Source: Candidatus Parvarchaeota archaeon (lineage in GTDB: Archaea > Nanobdellota > Nanobdellia > WJKC01). From it: 64,000 nt of DNA. The stretch is from positions 62,001 through 126,000 of the forward strand of contig JAUWZX010000002.1 of assembly GCA_030615175.1 (NCBI GenBank), written 5' to 3'. Positions 9,325 through 18,889 of this stretch are shown one piece after another. Positions within the stretch are counted from its first letter, which is position 1; each line of letters begins with the position of its first letter. The position numbers were made by a program, and so were the translations under genes. Below the pieces are notes generated by a model. That model was not told the DNA's origin. It did not search any database and saw only the letters and a program-made list of their open reading frames with translations.

Positions 9325-10404
9325 TTAATAATATATATTACATTCAGGCAGTTTCATTCTTAACTCATTAATTGATTCTGGCAATCCTCTTAACTTATTG
9401 CCTCTTAAGTATAGTACTTGCAGGTTCCTTAATTCGCCAATTGATTCTGGCAATATATTCAACTTATTAATTCTTAAGTATAGCACCTGCAGATTTCTTA
9501 ACCCACCAATTGATTCAGGCAATTCACGTAAATTATTGTAACTTAAGTTTAGTCTTTGTAGATTTCTTAATCCATCAATTGATTCTGGCAATTCGCGTAA
9601 CTCATTACTGCTTAAGTATATTGTTTTCAGGTTTTTTAAATTTCCAATTGATTCAGGCAACACAAGTAAATTATTGTCAGCTAAGTATAGTTCTTGCAGG
9701 TTTGTTAACTTACCAATTGACTCAGGCAATTCACGTAACTTATTACCACTTAAGTATAGTGCTTGCAGATTTCTTAACCCACCAATTGACTCAGGCAATT
9801 CACGTAAATTATTGTAACCTAAGTTTAGTTTTTGCAGGTTCCTTAATTCACCAATCCATTTTGGTAACTTATTTAGATTTTTATTACGGCTTAAATTTAG
9901 TTTTTTGATTTTTATTTTATCAGACTCTATGCTATCCGCTTTCTCTTCTGGCAATCTTAATATGTAACCTGAGTATTCATTGAATAAGTATTCCTGTACT
10001 GGTTCATATCCAGTGTTTAGTCTATTCACTAATTCCTCATCAAACCTAACTTTTGCACGAGAGTCATACTCTCCAAGTTCCCTTAACAATGGAAATGAAA
10101 GATTAGAATGAAGTATACACGTATCATAACCATTTTCATACCAGGCTTGCAGGTTAGAGCAGTGACCAAAGAACTCTACTTCTGGCTTAAGTCTATTAAT
10201 TTCTTCTTTTTCTAAAGAATCATCCAAGTATTGTTTTACCTCATCAATTGAGCCTATATCATCATAATCAGGTATTTCATCAACTGGAATATTCAGAAGT
10301 AAATATTTACACTGGCGGAATCTCTTTCCATTAACGTAAATATTAGTCTTACCATTATTTAATTTTAATTCCAAGTTATCACTTATCTTAAATACAGTAA
10401 CCAT
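9325..10404 (-). CDS. Leucine-rich repeat protein with GHCSNLQAW N-terminal domain
   Basis: About 7 23-aa LRRs (LxxLxLxxNxLxxLPESIGxL). Confidence 0.92.
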   Translation of the reverse strand: MVTVFKISDNLELKLNNGKTNIYVNGKRFRQCKYLLLNIPVDEIPDYDDIGSIDEVKQYLDDSLEKEEINRLKPEVEFFGHCSNLQAWYENGYDTCILHSNLSFPLLRELGEYDSRAKVRFDEELVNRLNTGYEPVQEYLFNEYSGYILRLPEEKADSIESDKIKIKKLNLSRNKNLNKLPKWIGELRNLQKLNLGYNNLRELPESIGGLRNLQALYLSGNKLRELPESIGKLTNLQELYLADNNLLVLPESIGNLKNLKTIYLSSNELRELPESIDGLRNLQRLNLSYNNLRELPESIGGLRNLQVLYLRINKLNILPESIGELRNLQVLYLRGNKLRGLPESINELRMKLPECNIYY

Positions 10405-10510
10405 AGGAGTAAAAACTATTTTTTCTCATTTATAAACTTATTGCGTAACAACACAGTTAATGAATCAAGAATCAAGCACACGTCAGTAAATTATTTATTA
10501 TTCTGGTGGA

Positions 10511-11065
10511 TTGATGAAAATGATGCTGCCAAAACTTGAAGATGTTAAGAGATTAAGGAAGAAAATTGGATTAACGCAGGTAGGATTAGCCAAGCTTTCA
10601 GGAGTCAGTCAGTCAATTATTGCAAAAATAGAAAGGAAATACACCGTGCCTAACTACTCCACTGCCAAGAAGATTTTTGAAGCACTAAAAAAGTGTGAAT
10701 TAAAAAGCAAATTAAAAGCCAAGGACATAATGACTCCTAAAATCATTAGCGTAAAACCAGCTGATAAAGTAAGCATTGTTGCCAAAACACTAAATGAGAA
10801 TAATATTTCGCAGTGCCCAATCATTAATAATGGAATAATAATTGGAAGCGTAACTGAAAAAGACATTATAAAGAACTTCTTAAACCCTAAAATAAAGGAA
10901 CTGCCTGTTAAGGACATAATGAATGAACCATTCCCAATAATAAGTATCAACACCCCGCTACCAATTATTTCAACATTGTTAAATGATTTCCCGGCATTAA
11001 TAGTAACTAACAAAGGAATTCCTAAAGGCATTATCTCAAAAGCGGACTTGCTGAAAACCGTTTAA
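10511..11065 (+). CDS. XRE-HTH plus CBS-pair transcriptional regulator
   Basis: LTQVGLAKLSGVSQSIIAKIE followed by two CBS domains. Confidence 0.9.
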   Translation: MMKMMLPKLEDVKRLRKKIGLTQVGLAKLSGVSQSIIAKIERKYTVPNYSTAKKIFEALKKCELKSKLKAKDIMTPKIISVKPADKVSIVAKTLNENNISQCPIINNGIIIGSVTEKDIIKNFLNPKIKELPVKDIMNEPFPIISINTPLPIISTLLNDFPALIVTNKGIPKGIISKADLLKTV

Positions 11066-11618
11066 CCTCATACCTTCTTATCAAGTAATAAACAAGTATT
11101 GCAGAAGCAAATGTCAGCATCACAGTGAATCTGAACATTGATGTTACTGCATAATCAGGCATTACAGGATGAGTACCTAACAAATAATCACTTAAATCAT
11201 TAGCAAGCAGGAATCCTAACACAATTGATAACTTTTTCAGGTCAACCTTAACCAGTCCTAATAACAGGAATTGCTCAAAGAATAATAAAACGTGAGCGCC
11301 AATATTAATTAACTGTTCAATAAAATTATCAGGTCCAACATAAAAACTCCAGTAAAAAAGAATTGTGAAAATCGTCCACACACCATACTTAATTCCTGAA
11401 ACAAAAGATAACAAGAATAAAGTATCATTCCTCTTATTAAACGCTAGGAGTAATAGTGCTGCAGCAAACAAGAGAGCTGCTAACGGGCAGTCAGGCACAA
11501 ACACCCATAATAAAGGATTAGTTGCCATTAATTGATGAGCATAAGAAAAAAGGATTCCGATAATGAATCCAACCAAACTCATTACTATTAACCAATCCTT
11601 AAGGGCTTGCTTAAACAT
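11031..11618 (-). CDS. DUF1405-like membrane protein
   Basis: WVFVPDCP, KYGVWT and NDLSDY..GTHP motifs. Confidence 0.8.
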   Translation of the reverse strand: MFKQALKDWLIVMSLVGFIIGILFSYAHQLMATNPLLWVFVPDCPLAALLFAAALLLLAFNKRNDTLFLLSFVSGIKYGVWTIFTILFYWSFYVGPDNFIEQLINIGAHVLLFFEQFLLLGLVKVDLKKLSIVLGFLLANDLSDYLLGTHPVMPDYAVTSMFRFTVMLTFASAILVYYLIRRYEVKRFSASPLLR

Positions 11619-11658
11619 CAATAAGGTTTTAATAATTGCTTTGTATAAATTATTTTCC

Positions 11659-11991
11659 ATGAATAAAAGAAAAAAAAGCATTGAATTAAGGAAAACCAAG
11701 AGCCCTCAATTAAACAAGGCATTAATTAATATTGAAGAAACGCTTAATGATATTGACGATAAACTTAATGAATTAAGAGAACTTGATAAAGGAAGCAAGT
11801 TCTTCGCAATTCTTGGATGGCTGTTAATGGGTTCAGGAGGAGGCGGAGCGCTTACGCTGGCAGTAACTTTCAAGGATGTAACAAACCCAGTAAGTTATGC
11901 AATATTCTTCATCATGGCATCATTAATAACAATAATAATGATTGCAGGATTCATGATGTCACACAAAGGCTTAACAGGCGACTGGTTATGA
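11659..11991 (+). CDS. Small coiled-coil plus 2-TM protein (paralog A)
   Basis: Coiled coil then two hydrophobic segments; ends HKGLTGDWL. Confidence 0.6.
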   Translation: MNKRKKSIELRKTKSPQLNKALINIEETLNDIDDKLNELRELDKGSKFFAILGWLLMGSGGGGALTLAVTFKDVTNPVSYAIFFIMASLITIIMIAGFMMSHKGLTGDWL

Positions 11992-12263
11992 GCAAGCAAG
12001 GAGAAGCAGCTGTTAAATCATTAAACAAAGAGTTAAATCATATTGAAAGAAAATTCAATAGATTAACTGATGAAGATAAGGCTGGCAGAGCATTCTTAAT
12101 TGCAGGAATAATATTAATTGGGATAAGCTTTACTTGCGAATTATTGCTTTTCAGATTAAGCTTTAAACCATACCAAATTTTCTTATTAGGATTCCTTACT
12201 TCAGAAATTTTAATAACTGGTTACTCATTAATCCATAAAAGTTTAAGAGGTGCATGGCTTTGA
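11988..12263 (+). CDS. Small coiled-coil plus 2-TM protein (paralog B)
   Basis: ATGA overlap with the previous gene; same layout; ends HKSLRGAWL. Confidence 0.6.
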   Translation: MSKQGEAAVKSLNKELNHIERKFNRLTDEDKAGRAFLIAGIILIGISFTCELLLFRLSFKPYQIFLLGFLTSEILITGYSLIHKSLRGAWL

Positions 12264-12817
12264 AAACCATGCGCGTAATAGGTTTAATGGGCGCGATCGG
12301 CTGCGGCAAGGGAGCAGTTGCTGACATCCTTGCTAAGGATTACGGCTTCAACTCAATAGCAACAGGCAACTTAGTAAGAGAGGAAGTTACTAAGAGGGGT
12401 TTAAAGCCATCAAGGGAAGTCACGACTAAAGTAAGTGAAGAACTAAGAAGGAAAGATCCTGCATACTTCATTAAGGCAGCGATTAAACAAATAAAAGAAA
12501 GTAATTGGGATAAAGTAGTTATTGACGGCATCAGGTTACCAATTGATGTTAAAACCTTTAAACAGGCATTCCCTGAAATTATTTTCATCATGGTAAAGGT
12601 TCATCCGGAAAAAAGGTTTAAGCGAATGAAGTTAAGAGCTAGGCCTGGCTTCCCTGAGACTTTTAAGAAATTCTTAGAGCATGAAAGATTAGAAATTGAA
12701 GAGTTCAACCTTCATGAGACATGGAAGGCTGCTTCAAGAGTGATTAATAATGAAGGGTCCTTAAATGACTTAAGAACTCAAGTAATTGAAATGCTGGAAG
12801 ACTTAAGGTGGACTTAA
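12254..12817 (+). CDS. Nucleoside-monophosphate / dephospho-CoA kinase-like P-loop protein
   Basis: GAIGCGKG, VVIDGIR, INNEGS. Confidence 0.8.
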   Translation: MALKTMRVIGLMGAIGCGKGAVADILAKDYGFNSIATGNLVREEVTKRGLKPSREVTTKVSEELRRKDPAYFIKAAIKQIKESNWDKVVIDGIRLPIDVKTFKQAFPEIIFIMVKVHPEKRFKRMKLRARPGFPETFKKFLEHERLEIEEFNLHETWKAASRVINNEGSLNDLRTQVIEMLEDLRWT

Positions 12818-12824
12818 TGGCTTA

Positions 12825-13238
12825 TTATTTACTCTTCTTGAGGGCTTTCTTAAAAGGATTCTCCTTGCTTGGCTTGCCGAAAACTGAAGGCAAGTCAATG
12901 TAGTACTTCCCTGGACTGATATTAATAACTAATGGCTCGCCGCGCATAAGGGCTGACACGTCAATCCTGAACTTACCAGGACCTAATGCCTTAACAGTCT
13001 CTAAGTCAAGGATAACTGCTTCATTCGAACCACTTCTGCCAAGTATGCCTCTTACCTCTAATTCCAAATCATGAATTTCATCCCTGCTTAAATTCCTCCT
13101 TATTAAGTCACTGCTCTTTAAGAGTTTCTCCTCCTTAATGAAGAAAAAGAACTTGCTGCCGCATGACTCGCAACCTTCTAATAACTGTTTAGAGCCACCA
13201 GGAATCATTTTCCCGCAGCGAACGCATTGATGAGGCAT
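12825..13238 (-). CDS. oapC: OapC/DUF2072 Zn-ribbon protein
   Basis: MPHQCVRCG...GCESCGSKFF, GKYYIDL. Confidence 0.85.
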   Translation of the reverse strand: MPHQCVRCGKMIPGGSKQLLEGCESCGSKFFFFIKEEKLLKSSDLIRRNLSRDEIHDLELEVRGILGRSGSNEAVILDLETVKALGPGKFRIDVSALMRGEPLVINISPGKYYIDLPSVFGKPSKENPFKKALKKSK

Positions 13239-13276
13239 TAATATTTTTCTAGTAATCTTCTTATTAATAAACTTTA

Positions 13277-14545
13277 TTAAGTGCCGCTTGAGTAATCCTT
13301 CAAGTATTTTTCCTGCTCCATGCTTAATTCATCAATTATTATCCCTATTGATTCTAACTTGATTCTTGCAATCATTTCATCCTGTTCTCTTGGCACATCA
13401 TAAACAACAGGTCTAAAACTCCTGCCTTCCTTTACAAGGCGCAGCACTGATAAGAATTGGTTTGCAAAACTCATATCCATGACTTCACTGGGATGCCCTT
13501 CACCAGCAGCAAGATTCACTAACCTGCCTTCAGCTAATAAATAAATTTTATTCCCGTTTTCAAGAACGTGCATGACATTATTCAGTCTTAATTCCTTTTT
13601 ATGTTTAGTAATGCTCTCTAAGTCAGGTATTGAGATTTCAACATTAAAGTGACCTGTATTTGCAAGTACTGCACCCTTCTTCATTTTAACTAAATGCTCT
13701 TTCCTAATAACATTACTGCAACCAGTTGCAGTAATGAACACATCGCCAAGCGACGCTGCCTCGCTCATCGGCATTACCCTGTAACCATCCATAACTGCTT
13801 TCAAGGCATTCACTGGATTAACTTCAGTGACTATGACGTTCGCGCCTAAACCCCTTGACTTATCAGCAACTCCCTTGCCGCAGTGACCGTAACCAGATAC
13901 TACAACATTCTTGCCGGCGAATAAGATATTAGTAGCCCTTAGTATTCCATCAAGTGTTGACTGCCCTGTACCATAAATATTATCAAAATCCCACTTTGTT
14001 TCTGCATCATTAACTGCAATTACAGGGTACTTCAAGTCGCCTGATTCAGCCATTGCTCTAAGCCTGTGAACTCCAGTAGTGGTTTCCTCAGTACCACCAA
14101 TCACATTTTTAATTAAGTCAGGACGTTCTGCATGAATCTTTACCACTAAGTCCGCGCCATCATCCAAAGTTATGTTAGGATTTATTTTTAACACATCATT
14201 TATGCACTCATAATACTCCTCACTTGACAAACCCCTCCAAGCAAAGACAGGGATATCATAATCTTTTACAAGCGCGGCAGCCACGTCATCCTGAGTGCTT
14301 AATGGATTGCAACCGCACCAAGCCATTTCAGCACCTGCAATTTTTAAAGTCTTTACTAAAACTGCTGTTTCCTTGGTAACGTGAAGGCAGCCGCTTATCC
14401 TGTAACCGTTTAATGGCTTCTCATCTTTGTATAATTCCTGCAGGACTTTCATGACTGGCATTCTTGATTCAGCCCACTCAATCTTACGTTTCCCTTCTTC
14501 AGCCAATCTTAAGTCCTTAATCTTGTAAGTCATTATCATAACCAC
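13277..14545 (-). CDS. ahcY: Adenosylhomocysteinase
   Basis: CNPLSTQDD, EETTTG, GRLVNL, GHPSEVMDMSF. Confidence 0.97.
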   Translation of the reverse strand: MVMIMTYKIKDLRLAEEGKRKIEWAESRMPVMKVLQELYKDEKPLNGYRISGCLHVTKETAVLVKTLKIAGAEMAWCGCNPLSTQDDVAAALVKDYDIPVFAWRGLSSEEYYECINDVLKINPNITLDDGADLVVKIHAERPDLIKNVIGGTEETTTGVHRLRAMAESGDLKYPVIAVNDAETKWDFDNIYGTGQSTLDGILRATNILFAGKNVVVSGYGHCGKGVADKSRGLGANVIVTEVNPVNALKAVMDGYRVMPMSEAASLGDVFITATGCSNVIRKEHLVKMKKGAVLANTGHFNVEISIPDLESITKHKKELRLNNVMHVLENGNKIYLLAEGRLVNLAAGEGHPSEVMDMSFANQFLSVLRLVKEGRSFRPVVYDVPREQDEMIARIKLESIGIIIDELSMEQEKYLKDYSSGT

Positions 14546-14584
14546 TGGTTGATTAAGTAATCACTTATATATTTATTCAATCAA

Positions 14585-14956
14585 TTACTTAGTTAGTAAT
14601 CTTATCCTGTTAGGCTCGCGCTTAATCTCCTTAATAATCTTGGCTGGACCAATAATTGTTAGCCCTGAATCACTGCCTGTTAATAAATTAATGATTTGAT
14701 GCCTTAACCTTGCCAGCCAATTCCTATCACTTACTAATTCATCATAACTTAATGAGCACATCTCGATTCCAGGGAATTTCTTATTAACATGCTTCATTGT
14801 CTGCTCAATCAGTGCAGCCTCTTCCCTTGGATTAAACTTAGCGTTAACAATTATTATCTTCTTCTCCTTAATTTTTTCAAGAATCATTTCAATACGCTCA
14901 TTCAACCCTGCCTGCCTTAATGACTCCATTGTTAAAAAATCAAGTGATAACTCCAT
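14585..14956 (-). CDS. oapB: OapB/DUF2073 protein
   Basis: EEAALIEQTM...FPGIE...GLTIIGPA; directly downstream of oapA. Confidence 0.85.
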   Translation of the reverse strand: MELSLDFLTMESLRQAGLNERIEMILEKIKEKKIIIVNAKFNPREEAALIEQTMKHVNKKFPGIEMCSLSYDELVSDRNWLARLRHQIINLLTGSDSGLTIIGPAKIIKEIKREPNRIRLLTK

Positions 14957-14963
14957 TATTAAA

Positions 14964-15614
14964 TCACGCCTTCTTGCTCGCCTCAAATATTGCCTTATAT
15001 AATTCATCAAACCCTAAGCCTTTCTTCGCTGACACTCCAACAACCCTGTACTGAGGGAATGCTGACTCAACCCTCTTAATCCTGCTCCTCTTAAGGTCAG
15101 TCTTGTTAGCGACTATAATCGTTGGTATATTCCTCACTTCAAGATTCCCCAGTATAGTAATATTAACTTGAGTGTAAGGATCCTTAGTTGAATCCATTAC
15201 TGTTAGAACAATGTCCATCTCATCAAGCCATTTAATAGCGTCAATAACCCCTCTAGTCGCCTCCATCGCTCTCTTCTTAGCTTCCTTAGGCTTAATCTTA
15301 TATTTTAGGAATTCCTCGAAATCAACTTTAGTGCTAATGCCTGGAGTATCAATTAAGTTAATCTCTAATTTCTTGCCATTTCTTTCCATGATAACGCGTT
15401 CCTTAATCTGTATCTCCCGCGTTTCATGAGGAATATTACTTACAACACCAACTTCCTCACCAATCCAAGCCATACTTATATTATTCGCAATCGAGGTCTT
15501 TCCTGCGTTAGGAGGACCGTAAATTCCAAGCTTGAATAATTTCTTGCGCCTGAAAATCCTATTAAAAAATAATTTAATGAATGAAAACTTAATCCCCCTT
15601 TTCTTAACCATCAT
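14964..15614 (-). CDS. oapA: OapA Era-like GTPase
   Basis: GPPNAGKT, IPHETR, DTPG, DPYTQVN, NKTD. Confidence 0.9.
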   Translation of the reverse strand: MMVKKRGIKFSFIKLFFNRIFRRKKLFKLGIYGPPNAGKTSIANNISMAWIGEEVGVVSNIPHETREIQIKERVIMERNGKKLEINLIDTPGISTKVDFEEFLKYKIKPKEAKKRAMEATRGVIDAIKWLDEMDIVLTVMDSTKDPYTQVNITILGNLEVRNIPTIIVANKTDLKRSRIKRVESAFPQYRVVGVSAKKGLGFDELYKAIFEASKKA

Positions 15615-15701
15615 TATTACTTAATAAACACTTAACTAAAATATTTTGCTATTTCCAACAGAGAAAACTTTATTACTAATTAATTTATAATTAAGAAAAT
15701 A

Positions 15702-17135
15702 ATGAGGAGATACATAATTTTTATCACATCACTACTAGTAATTTCACAGGCATTAGGATTAACGTATAACTTAAAAGGGGTTACAACAAGGGTTTACCCT
15801 GGAGAAACCCTGCATTATGAAATAAACTTCACTAATGATGATACTAGCAAAGTTCATGTTTACTTGAACGCATTCATGTTAGAAACTTTTGGCATTGCAA
15901 TCATTAAGCCTTCAATAAACTTGCACATAGAACCTAATGAAACCCATGCAATTAATTTAACAATAAATATTAATCCTAGCACTCCTGCAAGCGAGTACTT
16001 AACACCATTATACATTTCTTATAATAATATTACTGAAAAAATATGGATTTCATCAACAGTCCTCAAGGAAACTGTTGAATTAATTGAACTGCAGAACTTA
16101 ACTCTTGTGGGAATTTACTCCACTGACCCTAGAGAACCCATCAATATTTCAGGGACAGTGATATGCAATGTTGATAACATTTATCCTCGTTTTAATGTAA
16201 TAATTTCAGATGAAACAAGCATTGTTTATAATTCATCAAGCATTATTGGATTCTTTTCAGGTGCTAACATCTTTGAAAGAGAATTAAGACTTAATCCAAA
16301 AATTCCTCCTAGAGATTACACCATGCTTGTTGAAATATTAATTTCAGGAAAAGTCATAACGCAGGCTGCTAAAACATTAACAGTGACTAGTTATAAGAAT
16401 ACTACAAGAACTTCAAGCATTGTTGAAGACATTTTCGGCAAGAACGTTCAGAAAACAGTGACTAATTCCGGTAATGAGGAGATAATTGTTAACCTCAATT
16501 ACTCAACTAATATTCTTGAAGTATTATTAATAACAGATATTAATTACGCTGTTTACGAGGACGGCAATCTCCTGTTTTTAAAGAAGGCCAGCAGTTCTGA
16601 CTTCACTAATTATTTATTCTCAAGGAATGTCCCACTCGCTCCTGACCAGAGCATTACACTAACAGTTAATACATCCTACTTTACATTAATCTTAATGCCA
16701 TTCTTCGCGATTCTAGGAGTCATAGCATGGATACTGCTTAACAAGAAAATCAGGGTTGAAAAAGAGATTATACTATCGCGCAAGGAAGGTAAGGAATTAA
16801 TAGTTAAGATAGCCATAAGAGTTAAGAACATTGGCTTCAGGGCAGTTAATGAGGCATTAATCATTGAAAGCATTCCATTATACGTTAAGAAGTTAGGAGG
16901 CTTTGGAAGCATTAAGGGAGAGATTGATAAGGTTAGGAGATGGCTTAAGTTTGACTGTGGGACGCTCAGGCCTAAGGAAGAAGTACTGGTTTCTTACAAG
17001 TTTAAGACTGATGTTGAATTAGTTGGCAGGGTTTCACTGCCACCGGCAACTGTTAAATTCAAGTTTAAGCGTAAAATACATGAAGTTAAGAGTAATACTC
17101 CAATAATTGAGTTAATTAAGGGTGGCGAGCCGTAA
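15702..17135 (+). CDS. Surface/membrane protein with signal peptide, beta-rich domains and one TM helix
   Basis: Hydrophobic N-terminus, many NxT/S sequons, TM near aa 330. Confidence 0.7.
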   Translation: MRRYIIFITSLLVISQALGLTYNLKGVTTRVYPGETLHYEINFTNDDTSKVHVYLNAFMLETFGIAIIKPSINLHIEPNETHAINLTININPSTPASEYLTPLYISYNNITEKIWISSTVLKETVELIELQNLTLVGIYSTDPREPINISGTVICNVDNIYPRFNVIISDETSIVYNSSSIIGFFSGANIFERELRLNPKIPPRDYTMLVEILISGKVITQAAKTLTVTSYKNTTRTSSIVEDIFGKNVQKTVTNSGNEEIIVNLNYSTNILEVLLITDINYAVYEDGNLLFLKKASSSDFTNYLFSRNVPLAPDQSITLTVNTSYFTLILMPFFAILGVIAWILLNKKIRVEKEIILSRKEGKELIVKIAIRVKNIGFRAVNEALIIESIPLYVKKLGGFGSIKGEIDKVRRWLKFDCGTLRPKEEVLVSYKFKTDVELVGRVSLPPATVKFKFKRKIHEVKSNTPIIELIKGGEP

Positions 17136-17176
17136 GAAAAGTTTTAAAAGCGTTTAAAGTTACTTCTTATAATAAT

Positions 17177-17359
17177 CCCGTCGTAGCTCAACCTGGCAGA
17201 GAATAAACTTTTCGAAGTTTGTCTGCAACGCACGGCTGTAGTTTAATACAATATAGTATTGAATCAACAGCAGTTGAGCAGTCACCGTGAGGTTCCCGGT
17301 TCAAGACCCATAGAGGGGGAAGGTTTCCCCTTGGGATGAGAATCCGGGCGACGGGACCA
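17177..17359 (+). tRNA. tRNA-Tyr(GTA) with three introns (about 17202-17228, 17242-17283, 17306-17342); CCA encoded
   Basis: Removing three inserts gives CCCGTCG..GCTC/GAGC..CACGG-CT-GTA-GA-CCGTG..CCCGG-TTCAAGT-CCGGG-CGACGGG-A-CCA; each insert has a 4-bp BHB central helix. Confidence 0.88.
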
Positions 17360-17367
17360 TTACCCAT

Positions 17368-17442
17368 GCCCGGGTAGTCTAGTCTGGCCTAGGATCCTTG
17401 CCTGTCGAGCGGGGGACTCGGGTTCAAATCCCGGCCCGGGCG
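17368..17442 (+). tRNA. tRNA-Asp(GTC)
   Basis: GCCCGGG/CCCGGGC acceptor, CT-GTC-GA loop, GGTTCAAATCC. Confidence 0.93.
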
Positions 17443-17581
17443 TCTTATTAATTCACCACACACCAGTTATAGGACGAATTCATGACTTTTTCTTGTCTTG
17501 TAATAAATTTAAGAATTGTTAATATTTGATTATTTTTTTTATCTTTATTAACTACTTGAAAGAACGAATCAAAGAGTTAGG

Positions 17582-18034
17582 TTAATTAATTTTTATTCCT
17601 TGTTTATCTAATGCGTCATTACATAATTTATCACATATTTGAATAAATTCATTTTCTCTAGGAACATGGATAAACTCTACCGACTCAAAGAAATTAATTA
17701 ATTGGCGTATTTTCTCAACTTTTTCTTTAAGATGTTCTGCTTTAACTCTATAAACACCATTTAAATGATTTACTACCAATTCACTATCACAATAAATTTT
17801 TACTTTCCATCTTGTTTGTTTAATCGCATTATTTAAAGCCCTAATAATAGCTTCATATTCAGCAATATTGTTAGTTGCTACACCTAAATACTCAGAAAAA
17901 GTTAAGAACGGAGATTCATCACTATTTCTAATATAAATAAAAGAACATGAAGCACGACCAGGATTCCCTCTACATGCACCATCAGTGAAAATTTTTAATT
18001 CATTTTCTTTCTTAATTACATTCTTTGAAACCAT
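17582..18034 (-). CDS. rnhA: Ribonuclease HI
   Basis: FTDGACRGNPG, TNNIAEYEA, DSELVV, HVPREN. Confidence 0.92.
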   Translation of the reverse strand: MVSKNVIKKENELKIFTDGACRGNPGRASCSFIYIRNSDESPFLTFSEYLGVATNNIAEYEAIIRALNNAIKQTRWKVKIYCDSELVVNHLNGVYRVKAEHLKEKVEKIRQLINFFESVEFIHVPRENEFIQICDKLCNDALDKQGIKIN

Positions 18035-18152
18035 AAATCGTAATTATAAACGCATTAATTTATACTTTTCCATAATAAAAGTATAAGGCGTCTATCCATA
18101 AGTTTAGATAAAAAAAATTAAAAAATGTGATTAAAACTTCATGTTTATTGAA

Positions 18153-18236
18153 TCACAATTCATCCTTTTCCTCTTCTTTTGCTTCTTCCTTTTCTTCTTT
18201 TGCTTCTTCCTCTTTAATATCTTCTTCATCACTCAT
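18153..18236 (-). CDS. 27-aa acidic micropeptide MSDEEDIKEEEAKEEKEEAKEEEKDEL
   Basis: Hand translation; GGAGGG Shine-Dalgarno 7 nt upstream of the ATG. Confidence 0.55.
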   Translation of the reverse strand: MSDEEDIKEEEAKEEKEEAKEEEKDEL

Positions 18237-18465
18237 AAATTATCCCTCCATAATTCTTTTTTAAGAAGTAACAAAATAACTGTTTATAATAGTTATGGCA
18301 TAATCCTAAATAATCAAACTCAAAATTGCGTTCTGTAAAAGCCTCATCACCATATTAGCCATTTCAGAAGAAAAGCATATTCTTTAGTATATAAAACTTT
18401 ATAAAAAAGGCGGAAACAAGAATTTCATAACATTTAATTAATCAAATTATATTTACTATAATAAT

Positions 18466-18771
18466 ATGAGATTAATAAAGGAATTTAAGGAATTCTTAAA
18501 AGAATATAAAGTAATGAGTATCGCTATTGCATTCATCCTAGGAGTTGCAATAAAGGACTTAATAAAATCATTAGTAAATAATATAATCATGCCAGTAATA
18601 ACTCCTTTCGTCCCAGAAGGTGGATGAGAACAGGCAACGTTCACGCTTGGACCAATAATAATAAAGTGGGGTTCCTTTCTTGGAGAAATAATTAACTTCT
18701 TAATAATAGCATTCGTAATTTTTATGATAGTAAAAATATTACTAAAAGAAGATAAAATAACAAAGAAATGA
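18466..18771 (+). pseudogene. mscL: Large-conductance mechanosensitive channel MscL with in-frame TGA at 18625
   Basis: MRLIKEFKEFLKEYKVMSIAIAFILG...SLVNNIIMP...GG*EQ...WGSFLGEIINFLIIAFVIF. Confidence 0.85.
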
Positions 18772-18832
18772 GAATCAAAAAAGTAATAAATTATTACTAA
18801 TTCATTACCTATGTTATACTTGGATGCTATAG

Positions 18833-18845
18833 CCCGGCCCGGGCG
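18833..18845 (+). repeat. Copy of tRNA-Asp 3' end (att-like site 1)
   Basis: CCCGGCCCGGGCG identical to 17430-17442. Confidence 0.85.
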
Positions 18846-18889
18846 GATTTTCATTTACTATTACTTCTTCAGGATAATACGTGGAGTGA

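Noticed and set aside
9370..9900. 69-bp periodic DNA repeats as a CRISPR array
   Set aside because: They are the coding LRR units; there are no unique spacers or cas genes
18156..18167. C-terminal KDEL as an ER-retention signal
   Set aside because: Expected by chance in a K/D/E-rich peptide; there is no signal peptide or ER context
18625..18627. TGA recoded as Trp or Sec (alternative genetic code)
   Set aside because: TGA terminates core genes here (rps10, ppsA, rps15), TGG is used normally, and only one in-frame case was seen
18456..18854. 132-aa minus-strand ORF
   Set aside because: Antisense shadow of mscL
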